Shown piece by piece: positions 53,036-64,000 of a DNA stretch of 64,000 bases. The notes beneath the pieces are model-generated. The model saw only the letters and a program-made list of their open reading frames with translations. It did no database searches and had not been told where the DNA came from. Position 1 is the first letter of the stretch; each line of letters opens with the position of its first letter. The stretch is taken from NCBI GenBank assembly GCA_951406725.2, contig OX597817.1, positions 125,240,001-125,304,000 on the forward strand, read 5' to 3'. The position numbers and the translations under genes were made by a program. Source of the DNA: Octopus vulgaris. Its lineage: Eukaryota.

Positions 53036-55423
53036 GTGTCTAACGAGGCCGATTATTTCATCAACTGATAAAATGCTTCTGCACTGTGTAATTACATAGT
53101 TTCCCACCTGCAAGGTAGCAATGCAGGTTGTATCAAAACGATTGTTGTGATCAATAACGTTTCCTGTATATTCAATTTTCCATCACTGTTTTTTCTGTTA
53201 TACGCATTAAACATTGAAGAATTCCTAGTGGATCCAGCAATTATTGTGCAATTACCATGGATGACATTAGGAAACCATATGCAGTAAATGTGCTTTATTA
53301 GCCTAGTACTAGAGACATACCCAACTTTTAAATTTTAACTTATATACAAACACTCATATATATATATATATATATATATGTTATATGTTATATGTGTGTG
53401 TGTGTACATGTTCATATACACACAAATCCATATATACATGCACATACATATACACAAACCCACACACACACACTCACAAACTCACACACACAGAGCAGGA
53501 TTCTTTCAGTTTCTGTCTACCAAATCCATTCACAAGGCTTTGTTTGGCTTGAGACGTCAGTAGTAGAAACCATCCTAAATTGCCATACAGTGTGACAAAA
53601 CTTAGATATTGTAGTTATGAAGCAAACTTCTTATCACACAGCCATGTCTATATATAAACACAAATTTTTCACTAGTTTCTTTACTGTGCATACAATGATT
53701 TGGTTACTGTCCATAAATTATTGTCTTTTCATACAACAGCTTCTTCTCTGCATATACTGTTTTGCCACTAAACACACCCTGATGGCTATGCACACAGATC
53801 AGCAATAAATTATAATGGCTCCCTGTTGTATATCAGTATCCATTTGATTGTCTAATAAGCCATTTCACTGTTACATATACCGTTCACATATTTCCCTAAA
53901 GGGCTTATGACACAGTGTAATAGAAGTGAACCTGTAAATTACAAGTACCAGCCTTTCAACTAAACTCCACGTAGTTTCTGCTTATCTAAATTCTGGGTCA
54001 AGCCATGATTATAGAGAAAAAGGTGGCAATTGGTGTGATGGAACCTTCAAACTTCCACTTGTGAACTGAACTTTTTAACCATTCCGACATACTCTGTCCA
54101 GTAGTATGGTAACTTTAAATGCAACCATTTTATAACTACATATGACAGAAGTTTTCTGTCTTTATGTATAAACTGTTTATCACAGAGCAATTGTTTAGAA
54201 TTATAAACAAGTGATAAATTATTGATGATTCCAACTTCACATTTTTTTCCTTCGTTTGTTATTGCTAAAACCACATAGTAATAACTCATGAGTTATTTAC
54301 AGAAACAAAATAAATAACTAAAAAGAATACACACATGCACACACACACAAATACGCGTACACACATACATATGTATGCCTTTATACATATACATAAACAC
54401 ATATATGTCATCATCATCATACATATGTGTGTGTGTATGAATATGTATACATGTATGTACGTATGTGTATATATGTTAAGTTGTGGAATTATTTATTGTA
54501 GTATAGGTTATTTTTTAAAATTTTTTCTTGCGAGCTTTAAATTTAATTCTTGAATTTCTATTTTTTTTATTTTTCAACATTTTTCACTTCTGGTTCATAG
54601 GAAATCTTGACAGAGTGCTTCCCACAACAATAGAATCACACAACATATGGCAAAATGTTTAGAAGAGGTTACAATTAAAAAAAAAAAATTAAATTTGGTT
54701 AAGAGAATTAAAATGATATAAAGAATTCCAATTAATGTAATGTCATCTGATGATAGTAAATAAAAGAGAAAAATAAAAAATGAAACATCAACAGCAACAA
54801 CAATTTCAAAAATAGTAGCAGGAAGAATAACAATGGACCAGATAAAAAGAAAAAGAATTTAGTGTAAACCAAAGAAAACAAATCAAGATACTGAAATGTC
54901 AAAATAGAGAAGAAATAAATCAGTTTAAGATCTCCAAAGTTTACAAAAAATATTTAATACAAATCTCAGCTTTGATAGTCTGAAGAAGCATATGAAGATC
55001 TACAAGTGAATGAAGATTTGTTTGGAAAGAATATGGATTATAAATTCCCATTATCATGGTTTACGCTCTGTCAACTGACCTTCAATCATCGTACCACATA
55101 GTGAATTTTAATGAAACACAGAAGTTGTTGAATTGATAACCAATGGAAATAATAATGCTATATATTCTTGATTGTGAAGATATATTAGATATAATATTTA
55201 CATTCGTAGTGTATGATAGCTTGTCCATCAAATTGGGCAATGTCTTAGCTATGCAAAACTAGTACAAGTTTGTTTTGTTTGGTTATTTTACAGTAAAAAA
55301 GAGCTGCAAACACAAGCTTCCTCTCTCATTTTTACACTATGTACCCACTAACAAGATAACATCAAATCAACTGTGTTGTAAGGAGATGGCCAAGATAGCT
55401 GAAAGAATTTGCAGACCTCACAG

Positions 55424-55850
55424 TACTCTTTTATTCTTTCACTCTTTTACTTGTTTCAGTCATTTGACTGTTGCCATGCTGGAGCTCGATGTTAAAGGAT
55501 TTTAGTCAAAGAAATCGATCCGAAGACTTATTATTTGGAAGCCGGGTACCTATTCTATTGGTCTCTTTTACTGAACTGCTAAGTCATAGGGACATAAACA
55601 CACCAGCATTAGTTGTCAAACAATAGTGGGGGGACAAACACAGATACATACATGTAAACACATACACAAATACACACACACAAACATACGACAGGCTTCT
55701 TTCAGTGTCCATCGGCTAAATCCACTCACAAAGTTTTGGTTGGCCTGCCGTTATAGTAGAAGACACTTGCCCAAGGTGCCATGCAATGGGACTGAACTCA
55801 GAACCATGTGGTTCGGAAGCAAGCTTCATACCACAGTCACATCTGTGTCT
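55424..55850 (-). mobile_element. SINE family A
   Basis: Reverse complement of the family. Confidence 0.85.
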
Positions 55851-56019
55851 ATATATTGTCTAATTTTGTATATGTTGAAAACTTTAAATCAGTGGTTTAC
55901 AACAGTTTTGTTTTTGCCTATGGACCCCTTTGATTCCCATTTTACTCTACTGGACCTCCATAATCATTTAATGTATTTATAAAAAAAGAATCCTACTGTA
56001 TTTTTTATAATTAAACATT

Positions 56020-56232
56020 CTTTTCTACATCAGGTACAAGGCCCAAAATTTTGGGGGAGGGGGCCAGTCGATTAGATCGATCCCTGTTTGCAACTGGTAC
56101 TTAATTTACCAACCCCAGAAAGGATGAAAGGCAAAGTCGACTGCAGCAGGATTTGAACTCGGAATGTAACGACAGACAAAATATGGCTAAGCATTTTGCT
56201 TGGTGTGCTAACGTTTCTGCCAACCTGCTACC
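56020..56232 (-). mobile_element. SINE family B
   Basis: CTGGTACTTAATTTACC...AAAGGATGAAAGGCAAAGTCGAC...GCTAACGTTTCTGCC. Confidence 0.85.
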
Positions 56233-56294
56233 TTTTTATAATTAAATATTATTAGGAATTGTATTAAGAAAATTAAAATATGTATTGTAGGATA

Positions 56295-56540
56295 GTGGAG
56301 GTATGTGGTTTAGTGATTAGGGTGTTGGACGCATGATTGTAAGATTGTAGTTTGAATTCCTGAACTGGGCAACACATTGCGTTTTTTAGTAAAACACTTC
56401 ATTTCATGTTGCTCCAGTCTACTCAGCTGGCAAAAATGAGTTATCCTGTGACAGACTGGTGTCCCATCCAGATGGGTAATATATAGGCCATGGAAACCAG
56501 GAAACTAAGCCTATGAGTCTTTATGAGTCAGGAAAGAACT
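56295..56540 (+). mobile_element. CORE-like SINE with V-domain-like tail
   Basis: tRNA head, AAAACACTTCATTTCATGTTGCTCCAGTCTACTCAGCTG, then CCTGTGACAGACTGGTGTCCCATCCAG. Confidence 0.7.
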
Positions 56541-56994
56541 AAAAGTAGAAACAATTTATTGTACATATATTTTAACAACAAAATCTTAGATGGTTTCCCA
56601 AGAGCTTATATGGACTCAGATATAAACTTGGTAGAGTTTCCAGTTTAGTTGCCACTGATCCAACCATGAAACAGACTGCACTGGGTTACATGTAACCAGT
56701 ACTGCTAACAAGTGACCTAACTTAACAGCTCTATCCTATATTCACATATAAATAAATGTACATTCAAATAAGCATACATATACATAGTGAGTTTCCACCA
56801 TGCTAATTAAAAGTCAGACTCACCTTTCACTGCAGTTCATATTTGTGTTATTTTAATTAGAAGTTTGGAGGTGTCTCCTATTATTTTCCCCAGAATTTTG
56901 TCTTTTAAAAACATGATTGTTCTCAATACTAAGGGTGTAACTTTCTTAAAATTCTTATCATAGTTAATCTCTCAAACATATCTACACTTATATT

Positions 56995-57208
56995 GATTTC
57001 AAATTTTGGCACAAGGCCAGCAATTTCCAGAAGTGGTTAAGCTAATTGCATTGACTCCTAGTATTCAATTAGTTATTATTTTATTTATCCCGAAAGGATG
57101 AAAAGCAAAGTTAACCATGATGGAATTTGAACTCAGAACATGAAGATGGATGAAATGTCACTAAATATTTTGCCTGGGGTACTAACAATTCAGCCAGCTT
57201 ACTGCCTT
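56995..57208 (-). mobile_element. SINE family B
   Basis: GGCACAAGGCCAGCAATTT...CCCGAAAGGATGAAAAGCAAAG...ATTTGAACTCAGAAC. Confidence 0.75.
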
Positions 57209-57856
57209 ATCTGAACTTGCATTAAACAACATAAATTTCATACAAATGATATTATGCATTGAAAGAACCTCACATACCTATTTTCTTTTTATTTTAAATT
57301 CATTGCAGAAAATTTCTTCTTGATAGTGAAAAGATTTAAAAAATTTCTTTTTATAAAATATTTTTGCTACTCTTCACACTCTCTTCATTTAGAAATAACT
57401 TTTCCTTATCTCCTTCTCAGATATTTTCACCCTGTATTTCTTTCTGCATTAGGTGCATTAAATATAGATAATTTCAATTCTGCAAGCCAAAAATACTGTT
57501 TATGAATACAAAATGTGTTTTAACATAAGGTTTATTATTTAGGGTTAAGAACTAGAAGTTAGGATTTAAGATTAGGGTTCGAGGTTTATAGCTAGGTTTT
57601 AAAGTTAAGATAACGAGTTATTGATAAAAGTTAAAAAAAGAAAAGAAATATTTGGATGTCAAATTGAACTTAAGCAAAAATTATTACATACAGTTGTAAT
57701 CTTTCATGAAAATATGGACTGCTAAATGAGAAAGAAAGAAAGGAAATTCAAAGAAATGCGAATTTAGAAATGCATGGGACATAATAGCTATTGCATAACT
57801 GCCATAAATTGTATATAGAAATAAATTTGCTATATATGTATGTATATTCTATCTAT

Positions 57857-57996
<140 letters not shown>

Positions 57997-58582
57997 TGAA
58001 TCATGAGATTCTTACAATTGAAATAGCAGAGTGTAATTTACTTTTGCTAAGGGCCAGTGCAAGTAAAACCAAAGATATATATTTAATACAAATAATATGT
58101 AGTTTGTTACCAAAATAATAAATTTTTGTAGAATATAAGTGGATTCCATTCCATAAATTGCTGAGCAGCTGTATACTTTATTTCCTGGGCAATGACAGTT
58201 ATTGTCCTACTTCATTCATTTTACATATTATTCCTAGACAATTGGGATTTGAAAATCATGCATCATTTGCTAACCCTTAACTGTTTTATAAAAGTATTGT
58301 TATAGGATGGTGACTGGAGATGTCAATAAACATAAGGCCCACAAGGAATAAAAGCTATACATGTACTCACATGCACACACACACACATATGCATGCATAT
58401 ACACACACACACAAAGAGTCTCTCTTTCTCTGTACAGATTTAATACAGCTTCTGTGTATCAAATTCACTTACAAGCCATTAATTGGTCTGAGGCTATAAC
58501 ACAGTGGAAATGAACCCAGAAACTTGTGGTTGCAAATTAACATTCAAGCAAGCTACACACACACACATATGCACACAGCTAT

Positions 58583-58629
<47 letters not shown>

Positions 58630-60144
58630 GATAGATAGATAGATAGATAGATATAGATATACATATATATATATATATATTATGTATATGATTATGTATA
58701 TAAATATAGATATATGCACACATAGTCATATAAGGATATTTACAGTGATTTACTATCTATTCATTCTGCAACTCCACAAAATTATAATACCGCGGAGAAC
58801 CTTTGAAAGAAAAACAATAACATAGCTAGCTGACACCATTATATATATGAAGATTAATATGAACAATACACCTAACCGATGCATATTGTGTAAACAAAAT
58901 ATAAAGTAATATTGCAAAATATATTAAAATCACAGACACTAGTGAAAGGCAAAACGAAGACAAAAAAATAACAAAATAATACTGTTGCTAAATTATATAT
59001 ATATGCAGAGGCCCTATTTATCAAGCTAGCAGAGAACTGTGTAAAATTTAAAACATCAAGACTTTCATCTAAAAGCAAATTTCAAAGAGGATTTTACCCA
59101 TATTTTATAGTCTAATGTTGGAGTAAAGAGCGTTTATAGCAAAAGACAATAAAAAGCCAATTGATTTTAAATTATTAGCAAAAGATCAAATAGCAAACAA
59201 TCATTTAGCGCAGAAGAAAGCTTCTGATTTTGTACGCCAAATGAGCTCCTTTACTCAGCAGCATTTATGTTATCTATCACACAATAACAATTAGGAGTGG
59301 TGTAGATCAATCAAACTAAATGCAGCTCACCAGTTAAATGGACTATCTTTCTCCGAAATAAGGTCAATGGTCTCTATGAAAACATTGCTTAGAATTATAT
59401 AATGTTCTGTAAATAATAATTTGACAATCAACGTATTTCATATAAAAAAAAAAAATTAATTTTAAGACCTTCCAAATAGGACTGTCTGGGTGCAACTATT
59501 TGGGAAATGAGTGATTTCATTTGTGCAGAAAAAATATTCAAGAACAAATAGCCGTTAGTCATAAATAGCTCCATTCATAATTCTCTTTAATGAATCATAC
59601 AAAGTTCAGTATATTAAAGCGTTTTATTTTGAAAGTTTTGAATATGTATGTTATTTGAATGGTTATAAAATAATCTAACATTAATATTATTATAGTGACA
59701 ATAAAATTACTCTGATATAGTGAAAGGTTGAAGACAAAAAAAAATGTGTGCCTGAAATCATCTCTGAGACAGCACATGATGTTAGGAAGAAATACTCTTT
59801 TAAATTGCACCAAATCTTTATATAGATTGCCTGATCTCATTCATTATTTTTACTCCTTCGCCCCTCTTTTTCTCTCTAGCACTTTCATTAACACTTTAGT
59901 GACGTCTAGGATTTTCTCGTCTAGTGTAACTGCTGGTTTTGTTAATAATTGGAAAAGTGAGATCAAATGGAAAAGCAAGAATCAATCAGTTGTTGTCTAC
60001 ATGAATGATACACTGTAAAGAGTTAGATATGGATCTGCATCAATATCTTCTTTATATAGTTGTAAAGCAAAAAATTCCTAGATTAGTAGCTAACTCATAC
60101 ACGTGTGTGTATATGTATGTTTTGTGTGTGTGTATGTATATATA

Positions 60145-60581
60145 TATATAAGAATTTTTTGCATAATAAGATAAAAAAAACAAGGCTATGTCGATATTAG
60201 AGCATTTATAGACAGATGGTCTTACACCTGTTTCTAGGATATTTATTAATTATATCCCTTTATCGGGATATTAATTATATCCCTTCATCTAAACTAACTA
60301 CGACTTAACTATCCTCTCACACTGTGTCTGATGAAGGGATATAATTAATAAATATCCTAGAAACAGCTGTAAGACCTGCTATCTATAAATGCTCTAATAT
60401 CTACACAGCCTTAGTTTTTAATCTTATTACGCAAAAAATTCTTATATACACACGCTGACATAGAACCAACATTGAACCCTTTTTTCGCAGAATTACCAAA
60501 TCTGGAACTTAACTATGGTCTGTCTATAGCACTTATTCAGCATTAACTGACACCTTGGGATCTCAATGACACCATTATCTC

Positions 60582-60583
<2 letters not shown>
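60145..60583. mobile_element. fold-back element with HHR core, between (TA)n runs
   Basis: Inverted arms 60145-60448 plus a right extension to 60583. Plus-strand CTGATGA AGGGATAT..ATATCCTA GAAA CAGCTG TA at 60328-60371. Confidence 0.7.
60323..60376 (+). ncRNA. hammerhead ribozyme-like motif
   Basis: Intact CTGATGA and GAAA cores, stem II GGGATAT/ATATCCT, palindromic stem III ACAGCTGT, GTA triplet. Stem I GTGT/AGAC has one mismatch. Confidence 0.55.
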
Positions 60584-60619
<36 letters not shown>

Positions 60620-60624
60620 TGTGC

Positions 60625-61035
60625 GTCAATTCATTACAGCTGTTTCCAACAAATTTGTAAAATTAATTAATGATTACATTATATCATTATAAAAAACATT
60701 TTTCTTCAGATGAATACGTGAACTATACTGTTAAGGATATTTAAAAACATACAAAATCCATGGCGCGTGGATATTTTGTAATTCTACGATTATCACTGAT
60801 TACAGAATGACTTTGCCAAATCAAAACAAATTAAGAAAGACTTTTTAATTTGCTTTTATTTGGTAAACTCATTCTGTGACCAGCGATGATATTCACATGC
60901 CATAGATTTTATGTTTTTAAAAGTCCTTAAGAGTATAGTTTGTGTATTCATCTGAAGAAAAATGTTTGTTATAATGATATAATGTAATCATTACTCAATT
61001 AAAAAATTCGTTGGAAACAGCTGTAATGAATTGAC
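60625..61035. mobile_element. fold-back element with an HHR core in each arm
   Basis: ~200-bp inverted arms. ATTCAT-CTGAAGA...GAAA-CAGCTG-TA-ATGAAT at 60946-61031 (+) and 60715-60629 (-). Confidence 0.7.
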
Positions 61036-61321
61036 CCCGATCTATCATTTGCTATTTATTTATGATTCACCTCTCTCAGAAACTATTTCTTGTGTGTTCT
61101 GAAGTGCACTGTAGACCATATATTTAATACAAGGTGCATTTCTTAATTAGACCAAGGTCTGATAATATACTCAGTTGGGTTCAATTAATTTTTTGCATAA
61201 CCTGAATATCATTCTGCCTGTTCCTCGATACCAATGTTTGTATTTGTCTATAGTTGCTGTGTATGCATTATAATTTCGACAGCTTATCCACCTGAATCTT
61301 AACTTATTATATGTGTGTATA

Positions 61322-61452
61322 GGCACAGACGTGGCTGTGTGGTAAGAAGCCTGCTTCCCAACCACATGGTTCTTTGTTCAGTCCTACAGTGTGGCACCTT
61401 AGGCAAGTGTCTTCTACTATAACCTCAAGCTGGAAACTGAAAGAAGCCTGTC

Positions 61453-61488
<36 letters not shown>

Positions 61489-61710
61489 CATGTTTATGTA
61501 TCAGTGTTTGTTCTCCCACCATCAATTACAGCCAATGTTGGTGTGTTTACATCCCTGTAACTTTGCAGTTCAGCAAAAGAAATCAATAGAATAAGTACTA
61601 GGCTTTCAAAGAATAAATCCAGGAATCGATTTGTTTGACTAAAGGCAGTGCTCCAGTATGGCACCAGTTAAGCGACTGAAACAAATAAAAGTATTCAAGA
61701 ATAAAAGAAT
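61322..61710 (+). mobile_element. SINE family A
   Basis: Family head and tail. Confidence 0.88.
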
Positions 61711-61809
61711 ACACACACACACATATGGGAGACAGATATTCTCCATACAGAATACACTTCGTAGTGCTCAAGAGATTCAAACTTGTGCAGATAGAGGAGT
61801 AAATTTAAA

Positions 61810-62381
61810 GATAAGCAAGTTGATATACAAAAAATATTAAATACATTTAATACAAAAAATTTACATAAGTTTTCATATTAAAGGGTTCCGACTAACACAG
61901 AATAGAAATATCAAGAATTAAAGGGCTTGAATTAGAGTTTTACGAGTCCTCCAACAGCTGTTTCTGGGGGCTTGATGGTCACAAATAATGATTGTAAATT
62001 GAGTCCATCATCAGATATTACCATCCCATCTTCAGGGAAGAATTTTAAATTTTGAGTTGGTGACAGAAAGGAGATTAAAGATGAATGATGTAAAAATTCC
62101 ATCTTTAATCTCCTTTCTGTCAACAACTCAAAATTTAAAATTCTTCTTTGAAGATAGAGGCTGGGAATATCCGATGATGGAATCAATTTACAATCATTAT
62201 TTTGGACCACCAAGCACCCAGAAACAGGTGTTGGACTTGTAAAACTTTTATTCAACCTTTTAATTCCGGATATCATTTCTATTCTGTGTAAATCAGACCT
62301 TTCCATATGTAAACATATGTACATCTTTGTGTTAAATGTATTTCATATTTTTTGTAGTTTATCTTGCCTAACTTGCTTATC
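61810..62381. mobile_element. fold-back element with ~280-bp arms and HHR-like cores
   Basis: Inverted arms GATAAGCAAGTT...AACTTGCTTATC. The minus strand of the left arm reads CTGATGA TGG...CCA GAAA CAGCTG TT. Followed by (TA)n. Confidence 0.65.
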
Positions 62382-62439
<58 letters not shown>

Positions 62440-62867
62440 CTTATTACAAATTTGGGATTTTATCAATAGGACAACCTTATTTTCTGGAGTATACATAGAA
62501 AGTTATATCCAAAATACTAATCTAATAATATAAGCATTTTAAAGCCTACTATAACGTACAATAAAATAAAGTACAATAGAATAAATTAAACATTATTTAA
62601 ACATATTCTAAAAAATATATATACCTTACCTGTTATTAGTCTGTGGGGATAGAAGGTAATATTAATCAACACTACACATGTTTCTGCCCAGGTGGTTTGT
62701 TTTGCCAGGCTATACCTAATACATAAATCCACCAGTTCGTCCTCAGGCTATTTTTCTTCTTCTTATTATTATTATTAACGTATCCAACTTAATCCTACAA
62801 ATTATAAGATATTTTCATAAAAAATTAAGAATAAAATAAATATATATATATAACTTCCTAATATATA

Positions 62868-63279
62868 GGCGCAGGAGTGGCTGTGTGGTAAGTAGCTTGT
62901 CTACCAACCACATGGTTCTGGGTTCAGTCCCACTGCGTGGCACCTTGGGCAAGTGTCTTCTACTATAGCCTCGGGCCGACCAAAGCCTTGTGAGTGGATT
63001 TGGTAGACGGAAACTGAGAGAAGCCCGTCGTATATATGTATATATATATATATATATATATGCGTGTGTGTTTGTGTGTCTGTTTGTCCCCTAGCATTGC
63101 TTGACAACCGATGCAGGTGTGTTTATGTCCCCATTACTTAGCAGTTCGGCAAAAGAGATCGATAGAATAAGTACTGGGCTTACAAAAGAATAAGTCCCGG
63201 GGTCGAGTTGCTCGATTAAAGGCGGTGCTCCAGCATGGCCGCAGTCAAATGACTGAAACAAGTAAAAGAGTAAAGAGTA
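62868..63279 (+). mobile_element. SINE family A, full length, young
   Basis: Best-preserved copy with CpGs intact; GTAAAAGAGTAAAGAGT tail. Confidence 0.92.
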
Positions 63280-63522
63280 TATTTTTACAAAATTTAAAAG
63301 CTTTTAAAAATTAAAAAATTATAAAAATTTTTTAATTCATAAAAATTTGATAAAATTAAACACCTAAAAATACAATAGCAGTATATATATATATATATAT
63401 ATATATAAAAGCTAAACATAAAAATATCCTCATCGACTATTTTATAAACACGTCAAATTAAACTGCCTATCTATATAAACTTCATGGGAATTAATAATTT
63501 ATTGTGAATTTTACCCCTATCA

Positions 63523-64000
63523 ATCATCATCATCATCATCGTTTAACGTCCGTTCTCCATGCTAGCATGGGTTGGACGGTTCGACCGGGGATCTGGGAAG
63601 CCAGAAGGCTGCACCAGTCTCCGGTCTTATCTGGCAATGTTTCTACAGCTGGATGCCCTTCCTAACGCCAACCACTCTGTGAGTGTAGTGGGTGCTTTTT
63701 ACGTGCCACCTGCACTGGTGCCAGGCGAGGCTGGCATCGGCCATGGTCGGATTGGTGCATTTTACCTGCCACCTGCACGCAAGCCAGTCGAGGCGGTACT
63801 GGCTTCGGCCACGATTCGGATGGTGCTTTTTACGTGCCACCGACACGGAAGCCAGTCGAGGCGGTGCTGGCATCGGCCACAATTCGGATAGTGCTTTTTA
63901 CATATCTCCAGTCCAGGGGTCCTGGCATCAGCCGGGTGCCAGTCATAGGATTGGTTCAATTTCGATTCCGATTTCACTTGCCCCAACAGGTCTTCGCAAG
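63523..64000 (-). mobile_element. RTE-associated 3' element with ~65-bp internal tandem repeats, running off the window
   Basis: (CAT)n tail, GGATGCCCTTCCTAACGCCAACC, and three-plus units of GGTGCTTTTTACGTGCCACC...GCCAG..GAGG..CTGGC. Confidence 0.8.

Larger units (their letters stand above)
55890..56657. mobile_element. possible hAT/Charlie-like MITE interrupted by two SINEs
   Basis: CAGTGGTTTACAAC...ATGGACCCC start and a possible GTTGCCACTG end. Confidence 0.3.

Noticed and set aside
57530-57620. TTAGGG-like repeats as an interstitial telomere
   Set aside because: Only two exact hexamers, non-tandem and degenerate.
61932-62324. 130-aa ORF
   Set aside because: Lies across the axis of a palindrome and has no recognisable domain.
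63691-63900. Repeat-spacer pattern as a CRISPR array
   Set aside because: Spacers are homologous to each other, the context is a eukaryotic retroelement, and there are no cas genes.

Overview
AT-rich, repeat-dense eukaryotic DNA. The SINE families, Dong/R4, RTE and Penelope remnants and very dense microsatellites suggest an Octopus or other coleoid cephalopod genome (inference). No intact host gene is supported; nearly all listed ORFs are microsatellite or SINE artefacts, or decayed transposon frames. The window holds many tRNA-derived SINE copies from several modular families and 3' fragments of CR1, RTE and Dong/R4 LINEs. It also holds a degenerate Tigger/pogo element with TIRs, Tc1/mariner fragments and a MITE, a Helitron-type element, a HINE-type element, and a same-strand RTE-Penelope-Gypsy chain at 47.6-52.4 kb. 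The most interesting signal is a set of Penelope-type terminal-repeat sequences with minimal hammerhead ribozyme (HHR) cores. These include three adjacent fold-back elements at 60.1-62.4 kb, a well-formed HHR at 34.9 kb, and a Penelope end with a tRNA-like Pol III head upstream of its HHR. Coordinates were read by eye and are approximate to a few bp unless stated.
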